Shown one piece after another: positions 44,486 through 52,442 of a stretch of DNA of 64,000 nucleotides; the stretch's first letter is position 1; each line of letters opens with the position of its first letter. The notes under the pieces are model-generated. The model was not told the DNA's origin. It saw only the letters and a list, made by a program, of their open reading frames with translations, and did no database searches. Origin of the DNA: Anaerolineae bacterium (GTDB lineage Bacteria > Chloroflexota > Anaerolineae > DRVO01); assembly GCA_013178015.1 (NCBI GenBank), contig JABLXR010000030.1, positions 51,238 through 115,237 on the forward strand. The letters are read 5' to 3'. The position numbers were made by a program, and so were the translations under genes.

Positions 44486-45651
44486 GCCTTCCGTCGTGCG
44501 GTGCCCCGCTCGCGCTTGAGCCGGGAGAAGTGGGCAATCTTGGCCAGGATGCCTGCCTTCCGGTCCTGCATCTCGGCTGCATCCCGGTAGGTCTCTTCCT
44601 CCACGTAACCGGCCCGCATCGCCTCGGTGTAGAGGCGGCGTCCCCTCTCGGTGCGCACCACCAAGGTAGTGTAGCCGCGATTTGAGCCCAGGCCGCCGGC
44701 GGACAAATCGGCGTACTCGTTGGCGAACTCGACGCAGGCCAGGCAGGCAGGCCGCGCCCATTCCTCCAGCTGAGCCAGGGGAAAGCTTAGCTCCCGGCCA
44801 TCGCGGAGGGTGACCAGAAACTCGTCCTTGACGTTGATCCCGGCCACGTCGGCCTCGCTGATGCCCAGCCGAGCCTGGAAGTCCTCAGGGGTGAAAGAGA
44901 AGCTCTCCAGGCAGAAGAGCCCGATGGCGTAGGTTATGGCATCCGCCGGCACGATGCCCAGACACTGCATCTTGCGCATGGCGATGACCTGACAGGGGGT
45001 ACCGACCAGGGCCACTCGATGCAGCCGATCGCCCTCCAGGCTCTTCACGGCCGAGATCGAAGGGGTGTAGGTGGTGTAGCGGGATCCCAGCTGCTCCAGG
45101 TGAGCGGTGCCGGAGAAGTGGGAGCCGGCCGCCGCGACGATCTGGGCCCTGGTGGTGGCCACTGTCGGTGTCCGGCCGCCGGACTCGGTCCTGGTGGATA
45201 CTATGGCCCCGTCAATGAGCCGCTTATCCAGCAGGTAGAGCAGCAGAGAGGTGACCACACCCCCGTCGGTGGCCACTTGACGCACCGCAGGGTCGGTTGC
45301 CCGTGCTGAAGCGACGGTGCCGCTGTCGGCTGCCCCTCTGGAACGAGCGAACCTTTCCTGAAGCTCGCCATCCAACTCGTGGGTCACAGGGCAGACGAGG
45401 TAGCAGAGGCCACAGGCGAGGCACCTGCGGCGGTCGGTGAAGCGCGGCAGGCCCCTCTCGTCCAGGGCAAGGGCGTGGAGCTGCCCCGCGGAGCAGAATG
45501 AGACACACCCTCCGCACTGAGCACAGAGGCCTGGCTTCACCACCTCGCTCTCGAGCTCGACGAACGTCTTCACCATCGCTGGCTGTAGGGTCAACTCCCC
45601 TCCTGTGATGGTGGGGTGGCACCGGAGGCGGGACACGAGCTTTTCCACCAT
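44470..45651 (-). CDS. FrhB/FdhB-family protein (coenzyme F420 hydrogenase/dehydrogenase beta-subunit-like) with N-terminal 2x[4Fe-4S] ferredoxin domain
   Basis: Two CxxCxxCxxxCP motifs (CAQCGGCVSFC, CLACGLCYLVCP) followed by the FrhB-like N and C domains. Confidence 0.75.
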   Translation of the reverse strand: MVEKLVSRLRCHPTITGGELTLQPAMVKTFVELESEVVKPGLCAQCGGCVSFCSAGQLHALALDERGLPRFTDRRRCLACGLCYLVCPVTHELDGELQERFARSRGAADSGTVASARATDPAVRQVATDGGVVTSLLLYLLDKRLIDGAIVSTRTESGGRTPTVATTRAQIVAAAGSHFSGTAHLEQLGSRYTTYTPSISAVKSLEGDRLHRVALVGTPCQVIAMRKMQCLGIVPADAITYAIGLFCLESFSFTPEDFQARLGISEADVAGINVKDEFLVTLRDGRELSFPLAQLEEWARPACLACVEFANEYADLSAGGLGSNRGYTTLVVRTERGRRLYTEAMRAGYVEEETYRDAAEMQDRKAGILAKIAHFSRLKRERGTARRKAIREE

Positions 45652-45961
45652 GATGCCACAACCCTCGCACCGCAGCCATAAGGAGCCTAACCGGCTGCAT
45701 TCGCGACTACCTGCTGTCTCTGAAGGCGCCCTGCGGCCACCGCGCTGGCGGCACCGCCAAGCTAGGGTTTCACAGGTTCTTTACGAGGGTCGGTGGCTGG
45801 GCCGTCTTAAGCCAACACCGGAGGCTGCCGATACCTGTGGTAGAGCACGGGCGCCGGGCCTCCAACACCGCGCCTGCAGTGGCGGAGGCGCATTCCGGTC
45901 TCTGCCGACGACCATTCGCTTAGGGACGAACTCCATGCGAAGGGCTGATCCTTAGTTCTAG

Positions 45962-46510
45962 ATGGGCGAGGGTGGCGGATTGCTGACCCAGGGGGCTTAT
46001 GACGATGCCGCCGGTGCTGACGCCGACCGCCGGCGGGTGCGGTCGGTGGGGCCGGGGCAGATGTTGGTCACTACTGACCCAGAGGAAGTGCTGGCGGCCT
46101 ATGGCTTGGGCTCATGTATTGCAGTGCTAGGGTATGAGCCCAAGGCCGGGGTGGGCGGGCTGCTGCATGCACTGCTGCCTCAGAGCTGCCCTGGCGAAGG
46201 CGATGCAGCCAAGTTCGCTGACACCGGGATTCGCCTCCTGGTGGGCGAGATGGAACGCCTGGGATCCGACCGCGACGCCACCGCCTGGTACCTGGTGGGC
46301 GGTGCGGACGTGTTGCAGGGATCGAAGACGACCGCAGGCCTGAACATCGGCAGAGGGAACGTCGCCATGGCGGAGTCCGTCATGAGGGAAGAAGGTATGG
46401 CCATCCGGAGCCGTGAGGTCGGGGGCTCTGTGGCTCGCACGGTCAGATTGAGCATGCGGGACGGTACAGTAACAGTGACGCCGGTAGGCGGAGATGAGCA
46501 GACACTGTGA
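45962..46510 (+). CDS. cheD: Chemoreceptor glutamine deamidase CheD
   Basis: CheD signature GLGSCIAVLGY...GGLLHALLP, ~180 aa. Confidence 0.85.
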   Translation: MGEGGGLLTQGAYDDAAGADADRRRVRSVGPGQMLVTTDPEEVLAAYGLGSCIAVLGYEPKAGVGGLLHALLPQSCPGEGDAAKFADTGIRLLVGEMERLGSDRDATAWYLVGGADVLQGSKTTAGLNIGRGNVAMAESVMREEGMAIRSREVGGSVARTVRLSMRDGTVTVTPVGGDEQTL

Positions 46511-46692
46511 GGGTCGCCGGCAGGCCAGCTTCAGCTTCGCCAGGGGCGGCTCCGGTATCGGAGGCGAACACCGGTGGCCGGACGTCAGCAGGATGGGGCA
46601 CATCGACCAAGGTGTCCGCTGAGGCCCTGAGGGCAGAAGGGAGCGCTCGACGGGCCGTGCAGAGAGACTGTTCGCCCTGGACGAGGAGGCCA

Positions 46693-47754
46693 ATGTCCAC
46701 AACTCGCGTGGTGGTGGCAGATGACTCCGCCTTCGTGCGGTACACCGTCAGCCATCACCTCTCCTGCCAGCCCGACCTGGAAGTAGTGGGGCTGGCGTCC
46801 AACGGGGTAGAGGCGGTGGAGCAGGTGGAGGCCCTGCGCCCCGACGTGGTGGTTCTGGACGTGGAGATGCCGCTAATGGACGGGCTGTCGGCGCTGCGGC
46901 AGGTCATGTCTCGACGTCCGACGCCGGTCGTGATGATGATGAACGGACTCGCCCGCGAGGGAGCTGCTAGCACGGTAGAGGCCCTCGTGTCAGGAGCGGT
47001 GGACTTCATCACCAAACCTGGCCAGCTCACTGGCGTGCATCAGGTGCTGGGCGAGCTGGGCCACAAGGTGCGCCAGGCGGCAGGCGCGCGGGTGCGAGCT
47101 CACCGTCCGCTGCGGCAGCGAGCGTTGTCGCGAGAGGGGGAGAGTGCGGGGCCCTCGGAGCATCTGGTTCTAGTCGGTACCTCGGGCGGAGGACCGGCGG
47201 CGCTAGGCGAGGTGATCGGCAGGTTGCCTGCGGACCTGGACGCGTGCGTGGTGGTGGTGCAGCACATGGGTGCCCCCTTCACCCGGGCGCTGGCCGAGCA
47301 GCTCGACCGCATCTCCCTCCTGCCAGTGAGGGAAGCCGCCGCGGGTGACCGGGTGGAAAGGAGGCAGGTGCTGATCGTACCCGGAGGGAGGTACTTGACG
47401 CTGACCGAGGAGAGAGAACTGTGCCTGACCGCCGGACCGCCAGGCGGCGGGAGGCGGCTGACCCTGGATCTCGCTCTGGAATCGGCGGCGCAAGTGTTCG
47501 GGCGACGGGCGCTGGCGGCGATCCTCACCGGGCTAGGACGCGACGGGCTGGCGGGAGCCCGAGCTCTCAAGGAGCGGGGTGGTCGGGTCCTGGCCCAGGA
47601 TGAGGCCACCAGCGTGTTCTACGAGATGCCGGGCAGCGTCGTAGAGGCGGGCCTGGCCGATGAGGTGGTGCCGCTGGACCTGATGGCCGACACCATAGCG
47701 GAGATGGTGAAAGCGACGGAGCCGCGGCCGGGAGCGAAAGGGCCGGCTGGGTGA
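46693..47754 (+). CDS. cheB: Chemotaxis response regulator protein-glutamate methylesterase CheB
   Basis: REC domain (VVVADDSAFVR...VLDVEMPLMDG). Methylesterase domain (LVLVGTSGGGPAAL...VVVQHM). GAGGAGG Shine-Dalgarno before the ATG. Confidence 0.9.
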   Translation: MSTTRVVVADDSAFVRYTVSHHLSCQPDLEVVGLASNGVEAVEQVEALRPDVVVLDVEMPLMDGLSALRQVMSRRPTPVVMMMNGLAREGAASTVEALVSGAVDFITKPGQLTGVHQVLGELGHKVRQAAGARVRAHRPLRQRALSREGESAGPSEHLVLVGTSGGGPAALGEVIGRLPADLDACVVVVQHMGAPFTRALAEQLDRISLLPVREAAAGDRVERRQVLIVPGGRYLTLTEERELCLTAGPPGGGRRLTLDLALESAAQVFGRRALAAILTGLGRDGLAGARALKERGGRVLAQDEATSVFYEMPGSVVEAGLADEVVPLDLMADTIAEMVKATEPRPGAKGPAG

Positions 47755-48596
47755 ACGACAGCGAGTTCCGCTCTATCACCGCCTACCTGGATCGTGTGCA
47801 CGGGCTGGACCTGAGTGCCTACAAGAGCACGGCCATGAAGCGGCGCCTGGAGGCGTACTTGACGCGAATGCGGGCCGGCAGCTGGGCCGAATACGTGGTC
47901 AGGCTCGAGCGGGAGCCGGAGGAAGGGCACCGCCTGAGGGATTACCTCACCATCAGCGTCACTAGCTTCTTCCGCGATGCCGACAGGTACGAGGTGCTGC
48001 GCCGGGAGATCCTGCCGGAGCTGCTTGACACTACCCGCAGCCTGGCCGCGTGGAGCGCGGGCTGCTCCGATGGGCCGGAGCCCTACACGCTGGCCATGCT
48101 TTTCCACTCCCTGGCGCCCCGGAGACGTGTGCGCATTTGGGCTACAGACATAGACCGGCAGGGACTGGCCAGGGCCAGGGCAGGCGGGCCGTATTCAGCT
48201 TCCGCCATCCAACTGCTGCCGTCTGACCTGTCGTCGCGGTACCTGGTGCCTATGGCCGGCGGATTTGGGGTGGTGCCCTCCCTGGTGAGGCGCGTCACCT
48301 TCCAGGAGCATGACGTGCTGCGGGATCCGATCTCTGGCAGCTTTGACCTGATCGCGTGTCGCAACGTGATCATATACCTCACCGAGGAGGCCAGGACGAG
48401 GCTGTTTGATCGCCTTGCCTCTAGCCTTCGGCCGGGGGGCGTGCTCTTCGTCGGCGCCGCCGAGAGTGTCCCCATGGATCAGGCGCGAGCCTTGGGGTTG
48501 GAGCGGCTGCGGATGTCCTTCTACCGCCGTGTGACGGCAGGAGACAACATCGTCTCCCCCAACCTGTGGGTTGGGATGGGTGTATCTGACGGCTAG
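47751..48596 (+). CDS. cheR: Chemotaxis protein methyltransferase CheR
   Basis: CheR N-terminal helical and SAM-MTase domains (AWSAGCSDGPEPYTLAMLF, IACRNVIIYL). GTG overlaps the cheB stop (GTGA). Confidence 0.9.
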   Translation: MNDSEFRSITAYLDRVHGLDLSAYKSTAMKRRLEAYLTRMRAGSWAEYVVRLEREPEEGHRLRDYLTISVTSFFRDADRYEVLRREILPELLDTTRSLAAWSAGCSDGPEPYTLAMLFHSLAPRRRVRIWATDIDRQGLARARAGGPYSASAIQLLPSDLSSRYLVPMAGGFGVVPSLVRRVTFQEHDVLRDPISGSFDLIACRNVIIYLTEEARTRLFDRLASSLRPGGVLFVGAAESVPMDQARALGLERLRMSFYRRVTAGDNIVSPNLWVGMGVSDG

Positions 48597-48690
48597 ACCG
48601 ATGTGGTGCCGTCCCGCGGCGCGTCCTGGCTCCGGCTTCTAACCAGAACGGCCTGCCGGGCGCCCAACCGCCCCAACCGACCACCGCCAG

Positions 48691-49272
48691 TCACCCCTCT
48701 TCCAGGGAGATGGCGTCGTAGCGCCAAGGCTGTCGCCAGACGAGACCGGAATGGCCCTCCCAGAGGGCGCCCATGTTCGCGGCCAGGCTCAGAATCCGGT
48801 TCGTGACTTGAGCATCGAGCCTGGCATCCCAACTCAGCCGATCGGCCACCCAGTCGCAGTGGAAGAAGATGCGACAGAGCACTGGGCGAACGGTGTATAC
48901 CTGACAGCGTCCATCCAGGCTGAGGAAGGGGCAACTGGTGGCCTTACCATGCGCCCCGACATCACCATGGCCCTCACCGGTGAGCATGTACGTGCCGGTG
49001 AATGGGCTGAGAGAGCAGTATCTCTCCACTGTCTGTTCCACGGCGCCGCGGAGCGAGGCGAAGTTGCGGGGGCGCTCCAGATACCCGGCCAGGGCGATCA
49101 AGTCGGGCAGAGTGACGGCCACCACCCGGCCTCCGGTGTTCTCAAGAGCGCGGCAGCAGTCGCTCCCGCACTGACGCTGCCGGGTCGGGGGGCAGAGTCC
49201 GGCGGCCTGGCGTTCCAGTTCTTGGACGGCGTCCCAGAGGGTATACGAGGCGGAGGCTCTAGTCTGCCCCAA
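48691..49272 (-). CDS. YkgJ/UPF0153-family putative Fe-S/zinc-chelating protein (CxxCxxCC-type)
   Basis: QCGSDCCR and C..L.GRCQVYTVRPVLCRIFF motifs. Start chosen as TTG at 49272, because all earlier in-frame positions lie inside the LysM gene. The ORF is open to 49467. Confidence 0.6.
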   Translation of the reverse strand: MGQTRASASYTLWDAVQELERQAAGLCPPTRQRQCGSDCCRALENTGGRVVAVTLPDLIALAGYLERPRNFASLRGAVEQTVERYCSLSPFTGTYMLTGEGHGDVGAHGKATSCPFLSLDGRCQVYTVRPVLCRIFFHCDWVADRLSWDARLDAQVTNRILSLAANMGALWEGHSGLVWRQPWRYDAISLEEG

Positions 49273-50722
49273 GGTAGAAGTCTTGTGGCTCCGTGCGAGG
49301 ACCGGCCGACTCGAAGCGGGGCTGGCCGGCGCCAGCGACAGCGATCTCGCGGCCGATGCCCACGTCCCAAAACAGGTGAGCGCCCGCGCCCCAGCGGGCG
49401 ACCAGATCTTCGGTAGATCGCCAGGAAGTAGCCCGAGTCCAGCCTGTGAGGGTATCGCCGGGCTCACCCACGCGCCAGATGTGGACCACGTACCACAGGT
49501 CCGGGGCGAGATCGCCCACTCCGGTCCACATCAGGATGAGCTCGCGGGGGACGACCCTGGCACCGCCCCGCGGCGAGAGAGGCTCCAGGGCTCGAGGCTG
49601 GGCCGGCCCGCCCAGGGACAGCAGGGAGGCGGTGGCCGTGGGGGCGGCCGCCAAGGCGGTGGCTCCGGCGGTGGGGACAGCCTCGGCCGCCGCCGCGGTA
49701 GGGGTGGGATCCGGGCCGCCCGACTGCGAGGGCACGGGAACTCTCACTTTCTGGCCCACGCTCAATATGGTGTACTTGGTAAGCCCGGGGTTCGCAGCCA
49801 GGATCTCCTCCAAGGTGGTACCGTACTTGTTGGCCAGATAACCCAGAGTATCGCCCCGCTCGATGGCGTGCTCGATGAACTGGGGCTCGGGGGTGGCAGT
49901 GGGCTCTGGTTCAGGTGCAGCTGAGGCCGTTTCCGCAGTCGGCGTGGGGACAACGATCTTCTGCCCCAGGCTCAGGATGCTGTTGCGGGTGAGCCCGGGG
50001 TTGGCAGCTATGATGTCGCTAACGGTGGTACCGTACTTATCGGCCAGATACAGGAGGTTGTCACCCGTTTCAACGGTGTGTACGAGGGGCTCGGCAACCG
50101 GGAGGGGCTCCTGGTCGGCAGCCTCGCCGGATGCTGAAGCAGGTATGACGATCTCCTGCCCCACCCGCAGGATGGAGCGCTCCGTCAGGCCCGGGTTGGC
50201 AGCTAGGATGTCCTGCACCTCCAAGTCGTACTGGAGGGCGATGGAGCCCAGCACGTCTCCCGATTGAACCACGTGGACCCTAGGCCCGGTCGTGGGGGCA
50301 GGGGTGTCCAGCGGCTCTGGAGTTGGGGTCTGCGTCCCGGTAGGAGAGGACGTGGCCGTAGGGGTAGGGGGGACTGGAGTGGACGTGACCAATCGGACCG
50401 TCCCAGGGGAGGGTGTGGCCGCGTCCACAGCTTGCTGTGCCGTTTCCTTCGCCGGGGGCGAGAGGGCCGCCATGGCCACAGCGGCTGGCTTCCCTGGCGT
50501 CGCGTTCGGAGCGCCGGACGAAGGCTCTGCGCTCCCCGACCTATCGCGCAACCCGGCCAGCACCGCTCCTGCTACCATCGCCAGTGCCACCAGAGCCAGG
50601 GCCGGCTGAAGGTAGCTGGGTGACCGCAGTTCCTGTCCGCACAGGAGGCAGGACCGAGCCTGCTGGGCGACGCGAGCCCCACAACGGGGGCACCGACGAG
50701 GCTCTCGGTTAATGGTTGCCAT
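49259..50722 (-). CDS. LysM-repeat protein with N-terminal zinc ribbon and TM anchor (three LysM domains, Pro/Thr-rich linkers, C-terminal globular domain)
   Basis: N-terminal CPRCG...CLLCG zinc ribbon then TM. Three LysM motifs (VQSGDVLGSIALQY, VETGDNLLYLADKYGTT, IERGDTLGYLANKYGTT). Confidence 0.8.
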   Translation of the reverse strand: MATINREPRRCPRCGARVAQQARSCLLCGQELRSPSYLQPALALVALAMVAGAVLAGLRDRSGSAEPSSGAPNATPGKPAAVAMAALSPPAKETAQQAVDAATPSPGTVRLVTSTPVPPTPTATSSPTGTQTPTPEPLDTPAPTTGPRVHVVQSGDVLGSIALQYDLEVQDILAANPGLTERSILRVGQEIVIPASASGEAADQEPLPVAEPLVHTVETGDNLLYLADKYGTTVSDIIAANPGLTRNSILSLGQKIVVPTPTAETASAAPEPEPTATPEPQFIEHAIERGDTLGYLANKYGTTLEEILAANPGLTKYTILSVGQKVRVPVPSQSGGPDPTPTAAAAEAVPTAGATALAAAPTATASLLSLGGPAQPRALEPLSPRGGARVVPRELILMWTGVGDLAPDLWYVVHIWRVGEPGDTLTGWTRATSWRSTEDLVARWGAGAHLFWDVGIGREIAVAGAGQPRFESAGPRTEPQDFYLGAD

Positions 50723-52442
50723 GGGGATTCCTGCTAGTATGATCCCGCCCGGGCGACAGGCCTAGAACGGCAATGCCCATCACTGCTGCTAGACTAACCC
50801 AATCTGAGGCCAGGCGCAAGGGGGTCTCACCGAAATGGATGGTGACCCGGTGTTCGCCCGCCGGCAGGTCGAGGGCGATGACCCCTAGGGGGCCTGCTGG
50901 GCGGACCGGTGCAGGAACCCCGTCCACGTAAGCCCGCCATCCCGGGTAGTAGTACGTGTGGAAACGAAGCTCCCCCGCCGTCTCCGAGCGCACCCGGACG
51001 ATCTGCACGTGTCCCCCCAGGTGGAGGGGCTCGACCGAGGCGCCCGGTGCGTCTGTCTCCGCCAGAGGTAGCGCCTCTCCGGCCAGGTAGGCGGCAACTT
51101 TGGGCGAATCCTGAGGCATGTGCTGGGTCCAGGCGGTCATGCCTCGCATGTCGGTGTACTCGAGCTCGAACTCCACCGTGCCCACTGGCTGTTCGGCGCG
51201 GGGGTCGGGGGCGGTATGCTGGGGGCGGGCGTAGGGCAGGCTCGCGACCACGACGGCCAGCGCCAGCAGCAATGCGCTCCCCTGCCCCGCTCGATCGGCC
51301 AGGCGGGCACCGGCGATGGCGGCCAGGCCGGCGGCACAGAGCGCAACTATCCCGAGCAGGCGCCAGGGGAACTGCGCCAGCGACAATAGGGACACGGCGC
51401 GCCATATCGCCCCACTGGCTCCGGTCATCAGGAAGGTGTAGGTCACGAGCCCGAGACCGAGCAGCACCGCCGCAGGGCGGAAGCAGCGACTGCGAGTCCC
51501 CAGGGCCAGGCCCGCCAGGGACAGGGCTACGGGGGCGAGGCCCTGCTGGAACGGCATGGTATCTTCAGGGCCAGCCACAGCGTAGCCGTAATCCCACAGT
51601 GGCGACAACAGCTGGCCCGGGTAGACGAAGTGATCGGTGAGGTTGTAGGTGGCCCTGGTCCACTGCTCCTGCCTGATGTAACCGCGCTCGGCCAGCGAGG
51701 GGATGAGGGAGAAGGCTGCCAGAGCGACCCCTAGAGCCCCGGCCGCGATCGGCCCCAGCCACGCTCTCGCCGACGGCAGGCGGCCGGAGGCAGCCAGGGC
51801 GATGATGATGGCGGCTCCCAGGAGAGGGGTGAAGAGCAAGGCGGTGACGTTGTGGGCCGCCAGCAGCAGCCCGTAGGTGGCGGCGGCAGCGGCGATTCGA
51901 CGGCGTGAGGGAGCCGTCGCCAGTGACCAGAAAGCCCACAAAGCCCAGGGGAAGAGGGAGAGGGCCCAGGACTCGGCCAGGGCGGCGCGAACGTAGATGT
52001 CCACGAATCGGTAAGGAGCATAGGTGTAGACGACGGCAGCCACCGCCGCCGCGGCGCCGAACCCTCTCGAATCGGTCGGTGCCTGACGTAGCAGCGCTTC
52101 GGCCAGGAGGAACATGCCCACGCAGGACACCAGGATAGACAGGGCGAAAGCCGCTTTGATGGCAGCGGCGATCCCCAGGCCGGTCAGGTGGAACCCCTCA
52201 GCCACGTAGTAGGCCAGGGGGGAGTAGAAGACGAAGGTGGGGTAACCGTAGCCCAGGGCATGGTCGGGCCCCCAGCGGGGGATGAGTACGCCGTCGGCGA
52301 CGGCCCGGTCGAACTGGACCAGGAAGAACAGGGTATGGGGTCCGTCGTGGGCGCCCAGAAAGTAGCCCGGGGCCAGCAGAGGCCAGGCGGCGAAGACGGC
52401 CAGGATGAGGGCCAGGCCTAGGTAACGGCGGCGCTCGCTCAT
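50709..52442 (-). CDS. Polytopic GT-C-like membrane protein, paralog 1 of 3 (putative envelope glycosyltransferase; PTPS-related/DUF-type)
   Basis: Many TM helices. Conserved N-terminal block shared with paralog 2 (PGYFLGAHDGPHTLFFLVQFDRAVADGVLIPRWGPDHALGYGYPTFVFYSPLAYY). Probable ATG at 52442 overlapping the upstream stop (ATGA). Confidence 0.7.
   Translation of the reverse strand: MSERRRYLGLALILAVFAAWPLLAPGYFLGAHDGPHTLFFLVQFDRAVADGVLIPRWGPDHALGYGYPTFVFYSPLAYYVAEGFHLTGLGIAAAIKAAFALSILVSCVGMFLLAEALLRQAPTDSRGFGAAAAVAAVVYTYAPYRFVDIYVRAALAESWALSLFPWALWAFWSLATAPSRRRIAAAAATYGLLLAAHNVTALLFTPLLGAAIIIALAASGRLPSARAWLGPIAAGALGVALAAFSLIPSLAERGYIRQEQWTRATYNLTDHFVYPGQLLSPLWDYGYAVAGPEDTMPFQQGLAPVALSLAGLALGTRSRCFRPAAVLLGLGLVTYTFLMTGASGAIWRAVSLLSLAQFPWRLLGIVALCAAGLAAIAGARLADRAGQGSALLLALAVVVASLPYARPQHTAPDPRAEQPVGTVEFELEYTDMRGMTAWTQHMPQDSPKVAAYLAGEALPLAETDAPGASVEPLHLGGHVQIVRVRSETAGELRFHTYYYPGWRAYVDGVPAPVRPAGPLGVIALDLPAGEHRVTIHFGETPLRLASDWVSLAAVMGIAVLGLSPGRDHTSRNPHGNH

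Noticed and set aside
44000-44590. Short ORFs encoding 7-aa peptide repeats (SRITYHA...) across the heptamer hairpin
   Set aside because: The peptide periodicity is a by-product of the 7-nt DNA repeat cycling through all three frames. Not a gene.
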